The position numbers and the translations under genes are program-made. Under the pieces are notes generated by a model. That model searched no databases. It was not told the origin of the DNA and saw nothing but the letters and a program-made list of their open reading frames with translations. Source: Camelus dromedarius (Eukaryota). From it: a DNA stretch of 64,000 nt. The stretch lies in NCBI RefSeq assembly GCF_036321535.1, contig NC_087437.1:55492001-55556000 (forward strand), written 5' to 3'. Positions 39,780-52,854 of the stretch are shown here, piece after piece. Positions within the stretch are counted from its first letter, which is position 1; every line of letters starts with the position of its first letter.

Positions 39780-41500
39780 AATTTCTGCAATTAATATCTG
39801 TTTATAATTAAAGATTATATGCACGTCAAGAAAAATAAAATACACAAAGGCTTCCAGTGACAGTCACAAGTCCTCATCTTAGCCTTTCACACCGTCCAGG
39901 ACACTGAGCCATTTATGAGTTAGTTCATCTGCTGGTTACATTCAAAGCCCTAAATAATATGCTCGTACCGCTATTATTTTTATTTGTTACATGACATCTT
40001 TTGACTTTCTATTTTTACAAGGTGACAATTTAACATTATTACACTATTTCTCATTTTTTCCCAACATTTAAATAGTTTTTTTAGTTCTGCTGTTGATTAT
40101 ATTTGTGATCTTAAATGCAAGTTAAATTACTTAAGATCTTACACATGTAATACTTACACCTCTGTCCCTGTTTTCACCAGCCTCAGACAGTCCACCATGT
40201 GAAGCATGGAAATGAGTCTTCCTCCTGTACTTAGTTTTACCCACCTTCCCCTTCCAACTCCCAACTCCTGTCGGCCATAGCTGTCGGCCAAGTTAAGACT
40301 TGCAGTATCTTCTGAAGTTAAAGATAATGAGTCTTGTACTTTGTATATAAATTAACTCTAAAAATCGACTACCATACGCAGATGGCATTATTACGCTTCT
40401 ATAAATCTTGGTCATTTCAGGGCTAAATAAGAGAAAGTGTTTTAGGATGCGTTTTCTTTTCTAGAAATCTAATGCAATAACCCCCGAAGAATATTGGTGT
40501 ATAATATTCTTAGAATCGGTGTTAACTGGATTCACTTTATACCCCATCAATTGCTCAAAATAATGGCTCATTTTAATTTACTTTATGTTTACACCACGAC
40601 TCTGTATAAGTTCTTAAGATTAGCATTACTTTATTCTTAAAAATCAATAGTATGACTTCACCGTATCCCAACATTTTTCAGTATCTTGATCATACAGTCA
40701 ATTACATAGAATTCCCTTCTCTTTCTTTTTTCCCTTGAAATCCCTCTCCCAGCCCTCCGACAGCCCATCACAATCAGGACTGCTTGTCCTCTATGACTGC
40801 TTGCGAAGATGTCATCATGGGCCTTCACTGTGGTCCCAGAGCAGAACCTCTCTTTCTTAGATCCCATATTTTTTTATTCATTCACTATTTCTTTGTTTTC
40901 TTGCAGTATGTTATTAATTGTCTTGCTTAGGTAAGATATATAGGAAACAAATTTAGGGGTTATTGTATGTCTGAAAATCTATTTTGCAGCCACACTGGAT
41001 GAACAGCTTGCCAGGATAGAGAATTCTATGTTCATAATCTTCCCCTAAACCTTTGAAGTAATTTTCCACTCCTTACAGTTTATAAAGCTGGATGCTGAGA
41101 AGCCTGAGGGCAACCTCATGCTCATTCTTTGTAGGTATACTCTCTTTCTTTTCTCTCTGTCCAGGATTTTAAGCTTTTCCCTTATCCTTGATATCCTCCA
41201 ATCCTGAAGGTGTAGATAGTAGGTATATTATTTCATTCATCCTTGCTCTCACTACACTTCGAGCCCTTGAAATATGAAGACTGGCATCCACTTTTACTTC
41301 TGTGAAATATTACTCTGTTATTTCTTTGATAATATGTTCTCATCACATCTCTACTTTCTCTTTCTGAAACTTCTTTGGTGGGTGCCATGCTTCCTGACTG
41401 CTTTGCCCTGTACTTGTATTTTCTTTCATATTTTCTATTTCTTTACCTCTGCATTCTAAGTTTCTTTTTGTCAAACTACTTCAAATACTTTTTAAAGCTT
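39780..41500 (-). mobile_element. Ancient L1/HAL1 remnant
   Basis: gtatgtctgaaaatctattttg...agcttgccaggatagagaattctatg...gctgagaagcctgagggcaacctcatgctcattctttgtaggta. Confidence 0.5.
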
Positions 41501-41959
41501 TCATGCCCATGAATTTTTAATCTCAGCAAAATCCTAAATCTGTGGTGCTGATAGGTGGTGGTTCTCAGCATTTCACGGAAGTGGAAACTGATGTTCAGCA
41601 TCTCAAAAGTTTTAGGTCATAAAACCAAGATTTGAACTCAAAACTCTTGAGGGAAATCCCAGTTTCCATGGGACTGTACCACAAGTGATTCCTAAGAAAG
41701 TTTCTGTGGGTAAAGCAGAAATAATGAGACAGATTCTATACTAATGATGCTCACAGTCTCTAGGATGTAAGATCTTTTACCTAAACTGTGCTCACATAAA
41801 ACAGAACTTGAAAGCTATAGGAACACAAAGCATAATTTTAAAAATATGAAAAGCAATCAAAAGAGGGAGGGAAAATATTAGCAAAGTAAGGAGAGATTTC
41901 ATGTAGCAGGAAATGTTTGATTTTGGTTTTGAAGATAAGATTTTTTTTCTTTTGGTGTG

Positions 41960-42650
41960 TACTTCATCCCATTTTTGTGCATTCTACTTTTTAATCAAAA
42001 TATTATTTATACAAAGAATATGTACATTGTATTTGTATGGATTAAAGAATAGTAACACAATTATTACTCATAAGTCCATTACATTCCCAATACCTTTAAA
42101 ATTCTCCCAGTGTTCTTCTTCTATTAAGTAATCTTGTTCCATCACTCTCAGAGGTCACCGTTATCCTAAATGTTAATTATTCTTTATTTTCTTGCTTCTC
42201 TTGTAGTTTTCTCAGATATGTGTGTCCCTAATTATATATTGTTTTTTGATCTTCATATAAATGAAACCATACTATCCATGGTCTTCTGTGGCATTTTTTA
42301 TTTGACATTATGGTTTTTGAAATTCATTACTATTGATCCATGCAGCTGTAGTTCGATCACAAGTATGTTTGGATTGTTTCTGGTTTATTCCTTCCTCTTA
42401 ACAAACAACGCTGCTATGAACATGCTTGCATGTGACTGCTAGTCGCACACCTGCAGTACTTCCTGCATTTGTTCCAGAACTTCAGGTGTGGAAATGCTGG
42501 GTCCCAAAATATGAAATCACATCTGTAAGTTTAACAACTGATCAAACTGCCTTTCCAAAATGGGTGTGCCAATTTATTCTCCCACCAGCAGTGTGTGACA
42601 ATTCCCATTACTTCATACCTTTGAAAGCAGAAGCCATCTTTTTCAATTAT
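41960..42650 (-). mobile_element. Ancient L1M 3' end
   Basis: catataaatgaaaccatactatccatgg...acaaacaacgctgctatgaacatgcttgc...caaactgcctttccaaaatgggtgtgccaatttattctcccaccagcagtgtgtg. Confidence 0.8.
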
Positions 42651-44390
42651 GTGTCCTGACCCCATAGCATGGCACTTGGCCAATAGTGGGGACGGTGTGA
42701 TGTTTGTTGATCAGGGGAATGAATGAGGAGATCTGAGGCTTAAGCAAAGCCAGAGAAAGAGGATGCAGATTCTTTCAGGGATTGTTATAGAACACACTTT
42801 TCTTTTCCCTTCCAATGGGAGGAGACAGATGACTTTATTGATAAAGAATGCATTGGTAGGCAAAATTACATTTTTTGTACCTGCCGTGGTAAGTCATGCT
42901 GAGTCAGTTTCCAGCTTGTGATGTGATTCTTGCTGACATCATTCCTTCCTTTCTTCCTGGCTTGGACAACACCCTCTTTCTTTTATCATTTTTAGAACAT
43001 AAGGAATGCATGCTCATGAGAGATGAATAAGAAACCATAGTTAAAGACAAATTTTTTTACATTATCATCTGAAATTGTACCATTATGAAATAACCACTAT
43101 TAACACCGTATGGCTGCACCATAATCTATTTAATTATTACTGAGGTCTTTTTGATATTAGTGACTTCAGAGCTAGAGGAAGTAGCCTTTGGGAGTGTCCT
43201 TATCCACACAGAATGCATATGGAATGACACAACTTTTGGGTTTTAAAAGTAATCAGACATTCAAAGCAGTAGCCTGGACTTTCAGAACGTCAAGGAGAGA
43301 ATCACAGAACATTTAAATAATTCCCTCATTTCCATAAAAGGGAACAGAGCCAGGAACATTAATTCCAACAATAATGATTACATTTCCTTGCTCTGAAACT
43401 TCAGATTGCTCCTAAAGCATTGAAGAAAGGTCAAAGTCCTCAGCTGAGCATGCAAGAACTTCTTAGTATAGTACTTTTTCTAGTATGCCAGATTCAATCA
43501 ATAAAAGATATTTACCACCCACTATGTGCCAAACTCTGTCAGAGATTTTTTAGAATTTATGCCTAATGCTAACAGTGGTGGAATTGTTTATCGCTATCAC
43601 CCTCAAAACACCATCCGACTTTACAAATGAAGAGACTGAGGCTGAACATCCAGCACTGTCTGCTGAATTCTCAGGGCAAATCACCACTGTGACTTGATAA
43701 GCCAAGTGCCCTGATCCCTAGGACACTGTATTGAGCTAATTCTATTTTGAGAAGTATCAATCACTTAACACATTCTACTTTCATTGAACCAAGGGCAAGT
43801 GACACCTAGATTTTCCACCTGGCATTGTTTTCCCCCATTAGGCCTGTCTCTCTTCTTCAGCCGCTTGTGGATGGCTTTGATTTCTTACCTTCAGCTTGTT
43901 TCCAACCTGACAGGTGGCTGTGACACATGAGGCAAAGGAGGGTGGGGGCAGAGATGGGGAGTGTGGGGTGGGGGTGGGGGAATGAAAAGTGGAGGACTGG
44001 GTACTGTTTTGCTCTGATACCATTGTCCAGTCAAGATCCAAGACGCTGTCCCTCTCCTGTTGCTGTGTACTCTTTGCTTTGTAATGCAGAAGTGTTTATC
44101 ATGACAAGCTGTGAGCAGATGGACTGGAGAGAGCAGAGAAATCTGACCCAAGAAAGATTCCACTTGAACAGCTGAGGCTAGTACTTCACCCGATGTCCGA
44201 GCATTTAACCCGTTAAGGGCTTTATGAAGGTCAGTAGCAATGCTTCACTTGCTGAACTATTAACTTTTTTTCTACTACCTTAATGGTAGCATTTGTCTGT
44301 TATAAAGCATATTTTGTACTTAAAGGCATTTGTATTTAGCAACCTCTTAGATGCGTTCATCAATCCAAAGAGATGATCATGATAAAATAT

Positions 44391-44978
44391 TATTACTTCT
44401 AGGCAGATAGCTAGATATGAGCAGAGAAAGGGGGACATGGGCCAAATGGTAGGAAACCATATATCTTGTGAACAATGGGGGTCCCTGGGCAGAAAAAGAG
44501 AACAAGAACCTTTGGACTGATAAGAAATCACACATTTTGGGGTGACAAGTATCTTGGAGGCCAACAAAGAAAGGTGGGAAAAGCCAGGAATCTCCAACAT
44601 CCAAATGTAACCTTTTGCTCATTATGGCCTCATAACAATAAAATTACCCTTGCAGATAAGAAGTACCCATCATGTACCAATGACCATGACATTTCTGATC
44701 CAGATTAAATAAGGACAAAAATCCCTCCATCCCTTGGGAAGGTGGAGCTGGGATGAAAATCAGAAGTTATAATCCCAAACTCCTCCATCCCCAATTTATA
44801 TTCTGTCCATTCATTTCTACATTCTATGTAACAAACTTGCCAAAGAAACTCAGGGCAGCCGCTCACCTGAGTCTGTCCACAATTCCTTTGAGAGCATGCT
44901 ATTGCTTTACTTTCTTAACCTCCGTATCTCATCTCTGAATTTTTTCTGCAGTGAAACAAGAACCCAATCAGTGGCAAT
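44391..44978 (+). mobile_element. ERV1-type solo LTR, apparently nested in a MIR
   Basis: Starts tattacttctaggcagatagctagatatgagcag; ends tctctgaattttttctgcagtgaaacaagaacccaatcagtggca. Confidence 0.7.
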
Positions 44979-45069
44979 GCTAGTTTACAAAATAGGCAGT
45001 TGAGGCCCAGTGTGTCCAAAACCACATGGAATGACAACGGAAGAGCTAAAAACCACTAAATATTGGGAA

Positions 45070-45215
45070 GTTGGGAGGGGTCTCAGCAGTTACTGAGTCC
45101 AACACCCATACTCAACAGAGGAGAGAACTGAGGCTGAAAGGCAGAAATGACTTTCCGGGGCTCCCTACAGCATGGTGAGTTCATATGGGACTTGAACCCA
45201 GGCCTCTTCTTGCAG
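45070..45215 (-). mobile_element. MIR fragment
   Basis: acagaggagagaactgaggctgaaaggcagaaatgactttcc...gggacttgaacccaggcctct. Confidence 0.7.
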
Positions 45216-45889
45216 CCCCAGGATTTCCTCTCCCAGTCTTTCAGTTCCTGCCTTTACACTGTCCCAACATGCCTGCCTTACTAGCTGGCAAAAAAGCAAT
45301 TTAATGTGCTGGCTGAAGATGAAGGGAAAAAGGGACTGCCATGTTCTACCCAGTCATCCTGCACAATTGTATCAAGCTTCAAAAGCCCTTCTGATTCTTA
45401 ATAAGTAAATGGGTTACCTGAAAAAGATTGAAATCGAACATTCCTAGTAATTTTGAGAATTGCTTAACTTTCTGGGTCTAAAACAAACAAACAAAAAAAG
45501 ATTCATCTCTCTGATTTAATCACTCTGCCAACATTGGAGAGAATAGAAAAAAAAAAATTCTGATTTTAAATTCTCCCTAAAGGAAAATAGAGGATTAAGA
45601 AAACTAGTGTGGAGTGAAGAAAAGAATAATGGATCAGTAGTCAAATGACTAGATTTTGAATTTCAGATATGTGTTCCTCTGAATGTTACTTTGATTCTCT
45701 GAGCCTCAATTTTTCTTTATGTAAAATGAGAATTAGTAACAGTCTTATCTACTTCCTGAGACGATGGTGAGAGTCTGTGGCTAACTGTTGTGATTGCTTT
45801 CTGTAAATTTACAGTTATGCTATACTAACATAAAGTAGTATTAAAAATTGCATTAATGGCCATCCCTCCTGTGGTATGGTGAGAGAAGG

Positions 45890-46120
45890 AGAGCTTAGCA
45901 GCTCAGAGAACAGACGGGGGAGATGTATTGTCTGGGTTTGAATTACAGTTTTATTATTTACAATCTGTGACATTGAGCAAGTTACCTAAGCTCATCAGTA
46001 AAATTTGGATAATAACAGAGTATCCCTCACTGGTTTACTATGAGGATTACATGGGTTAATGTGTGAGCCGTTCTTAGAGTAATGCCTTTTGTATGCTAAG
46101 TGGTTATTAAATAAGTTTTT
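45890..46120 (+). mobile_element. MIR SINE
   Basis: tctgggtttgaatt...ctgtgacattgagcaagttacctaa...tgaggattacatgggttaatgtgtg...cttagagtaatgcct. Confidence 0.75.
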
Positions 46121-46819
46121 TTAAAAGATATTGGTTACTTCAAGGAAAATATATGTTCAGGACAAAAGGGGTGTTTTGTTGAGATTTCATTTTAGCTGTC
46201 TTCCTACCTCAATGTCTAGCCACAGGCCTTTGCTTACATGAATAACAGCCCACCTCCAGGGAACTTACATGAAGTCCCGTGCAAACTTCCCGGAAAGCTG
46301 CAAGCAGAGGACCCTTCTCTTGGTTTACTGAAGGGGTCAGAGTGACTGGTCTTCCACGTCGCTGGTGACCAATGGCCTTGAGACGATCTGCTGGATCAAA
46401 GCACAGGTCCCGCACTACTGAGCACACTGCCTAATGATCTCAACACTGCTGTCCTGGCTATGCAGGAGCAGGGAGGGTATACCCTGGGAAGTCTGAATCT
46501 CCTTCAGTTTGAGACCAATGGCCCATCCCCTACGGACCAAGACAGACAATATCTGCTCTGAGATGAACTCTTATACAGGCATCTTGATGCATTTGGTAAT
46601 GCTTATACTTCTTTGAACTACTGGTCTGTTGACACTGGTCTAAAAAGTCAGTATGTCTTAACTTACTTTTAATGCTTAACCCTATGAGGTAGACACTACT
46701 ATAAAAACTCATTTTATAGATGGAGGAACTGAGGAACAAAATGTTGGATAACTTGTTTAAGGTTATCTAAGCTTGGACCCTAGAGAGTCTGGACAGTACG
46801 AGGAGCAGCTTAGATTAAA

Positions 46820-46945
46820 TCTACCCCCATTCTGTTTGATGGAACTTAGTCATGTGGCTCCACCTAAATGCAAAACAGGCTGGGAATTCACTTCCAGTAA
46901 CAACTCCACCCGAAGGAAAGGGAATATGAATACTGGGTGCACAGT
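46820..46945 (-). mobile_element. MLT1-type LTR fragment
   Basis: gaacttagtcatgtggctccacctaaatgcaaaacaggctgggaa; antisense of the same motif class as 9490-9515. Confidence 0.6.
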
Positions 46946-46959
46946 TAAGTTTTCCTTTA

Positions 46960-47860
46960 TAAATCCACATTTATTACTAAATTATTTAGGATGATTTTTC
47001 CCAAAATATAAAGCACAATGGATGAATATTTTCATACACCACTGAAATTTACTTTTTCCTAAGAGTTCAAACAGTGATCGATGGGAATGTGTACTTCACT
47101 GCACCTTGAATGACATTATGAATTGTCATTAAAGTGCTTTCTAGTTTGGTAGTTCAAAATTGCATCTCGTTTTAAATTGCCTTTTCTGATTTACTAGTGA
47201 GAGGAATATATTCCCATGTTTGTGAGCTAACTTTTGTTCTTCTTTTGTTATAAGTTTATTTTCTCTCCATTTATTTTAAGGCACTTTTATTTTTTATATT
47301 AATGTTTATATGTTTATCAACAAATATTTATTTCTATCAGATTGTCAGAAACTTTCTCCCAGGTTATTTTATTCTTATTTGTTGCTGTTGGTTTTTCACT
47401 TTAACTATAAAAAAATGGTCTAAGATCTACCTATTATCTATCCCTCTATGTAAGTTCATGACATATACATGTACTTATTTTTACCTACGATTACATACTA
47501 GTCTTTACAAATATTGTTAATGGTTTGTTTGTCTAGAAGTAAAGAATGTGCAGTCTGAGTAAGAATCTAAATTATTTTTATCCAAGTGGCAATCATTATT
47601 CCCTATTCTGTGCATTGATTAATACCTTCTCTATTTTTGATTCTCTCTTTTTTCCCATAAAATCTCTCTATCTATAATGGGGTTTATAGATGAATAACTT
47701 AGTCTGTTTCACTGAAATATATACTCTTGTGCTAATAACACATTGTGGCTTTATAATATGTTCTAATAGCAAGTTAGAGTTTTTCCCCTCTCATATTAAT
47801 CTAATTATTCATAGTTTTTAAAAACTACCCCTGATATTTTTTTCTTCTAGATAAACATTA
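46960..47860 (-). mobile_element. Ancient L1ME-type remnant
   Basis: gcatctcgttttaaattgccttttctgatttactagtgag...ttttttatccaagtggcaatcattattccc...gtggctttataatatgttctaatagc. Confidence 0.6.
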
Positions 47861-49182
47861 GGGAAAAGTTTGCCTAAATAAGGTATATGGCAAGGTTTAT
47901 CATAAGCTATAAACAAACATGAAATAAATATTTGCAATATAGCATAAATTAGTACTAAGCCAAAGTAAATTCTAGTAGAAGGGCTCAAGGAAGAGGAAAA
48001 ATGTCACTTGGTACTTTGAGAATTACCAGGAGTTTTTCAGACAGAACAGGACACAGTCATACTGAAAAACTTTAACATGACATTTTAAGTTTGTAATTAC
48101 AGAAAGATATCAAAAATAATCACACAATACAATTAATTAGGCAGCATTATTAGATATATATCCAGCTTTGAATACAAGAAAGAAAATGCTTTCTGAAGAC
48201 TCCAAGTATCATTCATAATAATAGTAGTAGTAATAATAATAATAATATTTAAAGAAGAAGCTGTATTATATTAAACTAATATAAAATAATCAATAGCATG
48301 TAGAATTTTTTAAAAATTTCACCTAATAAATATTGAGTAAAGGAAAAAGAAGCAATTTATATGTACGTAAAAAATGCCTAGGTAACAATATTTGTGATGT
48401 AGACAGAGATAAAGAGATACACCACATGTTTCTGTGTATGTGTGTATGAAAGTCTTCCAAATCCTCAGAACAAGGCTACTTTTTCTCTTTCACTGCAGAA
48501 TACATTCATGCTTCCCAAGTTTATTTTTCTATTTGCCCTAAAATGAAGAGAAATCTCCATAGTTCCTATGTAGGCAAAAAATTATTAAGATCTGAGTTTA
48601 ACCATTACAGGTATCAATAACTGGTCAGTTGATTTCTGAATTAAATATACAGTAATAAGAATAAAGACAATATATGGATTAAGGAGAATAAAAATACTAT
48701 GCATGCCTTTTTAGAAGGATTTTTCAGAAACATGTTTTTTAAATGAAGTATATGTACATATACATTGTATTCATTATATTCTGATGTAGTGCCAAGCCAA
48801 GGCTTTTTCTAGTTTCAATATCTTTACGATGAAGCAAAGAAATCATAAAACACCTGTGAAGCACCAAGAATGCAGATGTTAAAGAGTTTTATAATTCTCT
48901 TTCCCCACCTGCCACCCCCAATTTTTCAGCATTCTCACCTGACAGGCAACTAACGTGATACTTGTTTAAAAAAGGAACATTCCTTTGGGGGTATTCCAAA
49001 ATATGATACTTAGCTTTTAGAGAAAAACAGAACAAACTCTTTTCTTGACATTTGTATTTCACTAGTTACCAAATTTGAATTAAGTTACACGAAAAAGAAG
49101 AGAATCCTAAACACATTTGGGAGCAACGTATTGATCCTTGATAACCCAGTTGAAGGGAGCTCACTGTGCGAGTGCCCTTGAG

Positions 49183-49760
49183 GTGTGGGTCTCAAGTGTG
49201 GTCCCTGGACCAGCAGCATCAGCCTTACCTGGGAATTTGTTAGCGATGGAAATATAGTAGGGAAGAACAAATCTGACTCCATATTAGATTTTTTTTTTGG
49301 CTCTAATCCTGTGCTCTGTTTCCTGTGCTTAGTCATGCTGGTTCTGCACCTTTTGTAAAAGAATTTTGCCTATAGCCTGAAATATATAAGACAACCTATT
49401 CTCAAGGCTCTGATCTTTAAGGGTATGACATTGTCCCATTCATATAAAGATAAAAAGTTGCAGAATAGAAAATAACATTTGCCTTGTTGGAGGTTTATAG
49501 GAACATTGTGATCTGACCTACTTGGACAGCTGCCTGAATTCTGACTTGGGTAAGATGGCTCTCTAGGACAATTGTCCCCCATCTTCTTGATCTGCTGGCT
49601 TTCTGAATCCAGTTGTTAGTCCTTCCTCCAACACCTAGTCTACCAATTTATTAGCCTGCCGTGATGTGAGCAGAACGAGTTTGGTAACAGAAATTACAGT
49701 GTCTCTCAAAAGACCTACTGAATCAGGAATTTTAAGGTGAGACTCAGGAGTCTATTTCAT
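49183..49760. mobile_element. MER5A-like hAT element split by an LTR
   Basis: Left part ctcaagtgtggtccctggaccagcagcatcagccttacctgggaatttgttag (49183-49243); right part gaaatt...agacctactgaatcaggaatt (49690-49760). Confidence 0.75.
49240..49689 (+). mobile_element. ERV1-type solo LTR
   Basis: gtagggaagaacaaatctgactccatattaga...aagatggctctctaggac...gagcagaacgagtttggtaaca (CA terminus); 5' boundary uncertain by ~15 bp. Confidence 0.8.
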
Positions 49761-50056
49761 TTGCATTTTTACATGCTTCCATTTTATATTTTGTTGTTGA
49801 ACATTATCTTTCTGACTTCTGCGTTTTAAAACTTCTTGAGCTTATCTTTGTGGCTTTGTATACGGTTTAGTATAAGTCTCTGTAAATCTGGTGCACGCTA
49901 AAGTCTCCTTTCTGCTGCTGGACCACCAACAGACAGATCACAGAGAGCTTCTAAACTATCTCTCTCCTCTGTTCCCTGGCTCAGTGCCATGAGGTCTGAG
50001 GCCCATTTTGTTCTGCACTCGTTCGCTGTGTGGAGCTGGGATGGCCCAGTGGGAGG

Positions 50057-50223
50057 CAGTGGTTGTGCACTCCGCTGTCCAGTTGAATCACTTGAGGAAC
50101 TTTTGAAAAATCCTAACGCCCTCGTCCATTCAATTAGAATCTCTGAAGATGTCACCCTGTCAGAGGTCTTTTTAGAAAGCTTCTCAAGTGATTCTAATGT
50201 CTGGCTTGGGCTGAGAATCATTC
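50057..50223. mobile_element. MER5B-like hAT element
   Basis: cagtggtt...gaatcacttgaggaacttttgaaaaat...agaatctctg...aagtgattctaatgtctggcttgggctgagaatcatt. Confidence 0.7.
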
Positions 50224-50983
50224 ATCAGAGGAACGCAGTAAGAACATTCCATCAGAAGCTTTGTGCCTCCAATTCACAGGTGAGCAAACTGAGCCCCTTT
50301 GAAAGGTTCCATTGCCTCAGGCCACTAGCAAGTGGCAGGACTGGAATTCAGAGTCTTTCTAGCTAAAATTCCATGCTTCCTGGAATCTGCAGTAAAGTCT
50401 ACATTCACAACCCTGTGAGTTAAGACAGACATGACAATTGGTTGTGGAAAGGTGCTACGTGAGTATTGAGAAAGGAGCAATTAGTGATAAATACAAAAAA
50501 TCCAAAGGGAAGCTGGCACACACAGAGAATATATTCGATAGAATAAGGTTTCTAATGCATTCAGGCTTTACATCTGAAATCCTAAAGGAAATGAGAAAGT
50601 GTGCTCCATGAGCTAAATGCTCCTTCGTGCTTCCAGAATGGAGTCGCTTTTAACTGAAGGCCAATTAGCAAGCTCATGTTAGTGAGCCTATGTATTTTTT
50701 CATTTATTTCCTGAGACTAATCTCTTAACAAAGTGTTACCCTTGATGTAACTCATTTGTGATTCTTTGCAGAACTAAAACCCAGTGTTCCAGCTCAGGAA
50801 GATTTTCTTGTAGCTTTTCTTGTCCTCTTCTCTTAATGGAAACCCTGGTTCCTAAACCAACTCATTACTGAAGTAATTATACCCTCTGCCTCTGTAATCA
50901 GGGCCTGATTATCCAAAAATCTAAAGTTATCTCTTTCCCCCTCCAAAAAAGTAGAAGACACACTCATTCTCTCAAAAGTGCTG

Positions 50984-51063
50984 TTTTCTCTCTTCTCTCT
51001 TTCCGTTCCCTCCTCCCTCCCTCCCTCTCTCTCTCTCTGTCTCCCTCTCTCTCTTTGTCTCTC
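50984..51063. repeat. Polypyrimidine (CT/CCCT) low-complexity tract
   Basis: Read directly. Confidence 0.85.
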
Positions 51064-52842
51064 AAAAGAACCCCGTTGGTTCTGAACTTGGAGTATTACA
51101 TTGGAGTTTCTCCAGAAGTCCATGAATCTTTTAAAGATATGAGTTCTTTGTCAAAGGGAGGGTTTTCCTTTTCTGAAGTGGGGTGAGGACAAGGTATGCA
51201 AGGATGGGCGTTTCCAGTTCTATTTGCACAGTGCCCAGGGAGCCACCTCATTCTCCTGATGAAAACCCTTTGATGACTTCCTATTACCCTCCGGCATCTT
51301 TGGCATTAAAGGCTTTTGCTTTGTCTTCTGTCTTCCTATGCAGCCTAATCTTCTGGCACATTCCTTTTCCTTTCAAACTTCATGCCACTTACTGGAAATG
51401 GAAATCTGTACATCTCCTTGTCTTCACAGAAGTTTCTCTGTTATTTCCCTGTATGACTTTCATCTTGACATCTTCATGATTAACTGCCTTTTCTTCCCCC
51501 TACAGAATCCAATTCAGTCATTACCTCTCCGTGGAAGTCTTTCCTGCCTTTACTAATTCTCTTTCAATCCCAACCTCATCCCTGCCCACTTTAAGAAAAA
51601 ATACACATATTTCACTTAGGACCCTCTTCTTGGTGTTTTCACGATACTTTGTACTACTCTTACTATCAATATTTCAATTCCCCCCCCCCTCAATCACTGT
51701 AAACTGTGAGAGATGGTATCTTCCTTGTCTACCATTCTTTCAAATAGCACCTTGTCTGACACTAAAGAAGCTCTTTAGACTTATAAAGATTAATGTTAAG
51801 GAGACTTAAAGTACAAGTTCCTCAGACATGTTGCTGGTAATGGTGGTAAACTAGGACACTCTTATTTCCACTTCTTCATTCCTACACCCCTGTATTCTTC
51901 CTACTAGAGACAGTACCATGTAAAGGCCATTCGCTTAAGCGTACACTGCTTCCTGGAGGATGCCTTCCTAAGCTCACAGGTGTCATCTCTAAGCCAGTGT
52001 ATCAGCTGTATCATTATTTCGTCATATCAGCAGTGTTTGGGCCACGCTGTATCCATAAGACCACTGACTGTGTACTCATTACTGCAACACACTTGCTGCA
52101 AATATGGATCTTTTGGTCCTTCCTGGTTTGATGCTTTCTGGGATCTGGATCAGTGTGTCGGATGCCCTGTAAACCCTTTTACATGCTGTTGTTGAGGACC
52201 CTACAGGCAGAAAAATTTGTCAATTCCAACCAATTTGAAATTCTACCTTTTCCAAGATGGAATCACTTATCACCAAGTGATATGGACTTGGTCTCAAGAA
52301 ATGTAGTTATATTTGAAGCTCAGCTTTGCTCTCTTCGGGAATGTTGGGTACTAGACAGTGGAAGTAGTTAGATCAGACTTGGTGAGGGAAAGCCAGTGGA
52401 CTATTTGGTCTACTCATTGCCTCCAGGTTTACTTCTGTGGTCTCCCTTTTCCCCTGCTACCAAATGAACACATAGTGTCACCAGGCAGGGTAAGGAGAGT
52501 ATAATGAATGATTCTGGCTGATATCCTCTCGCCAGGAGACTGTCTACTTGGTTATTTACTGATTCCTCTGGGATAGGTGGGCATTAACATGCAGTGCGAA
52601 GTTCTCTACGTTTGTTATCCTTTCCAATATGTCCATCACAACTTCTTCCCCAGATTTCCTTGTCTTGATTTTCCAGTCTTTCTCTATTCAGGGCTCTGAC
52701 ATGTCAGCTGAACCATTTAACACTGACCTTGAAGCTGTATATATTCTTACCACAGACTATTTTCTTTCCACACTCTATTGATGACTAGGTATACCAGCTC
52801 CACGCTGTGTCCACTAGAAATATTTCTACTTACAAGTACCTT

Positions 52843-52854
52843 TCAAGATTACTC
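52843..52854. repeat. Target-site duplication, left copy (tcaagattactc); right copy at 55467-55478
   Basis: Identical 12-mer on both flanks of the L1. Confidence 0.93.
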
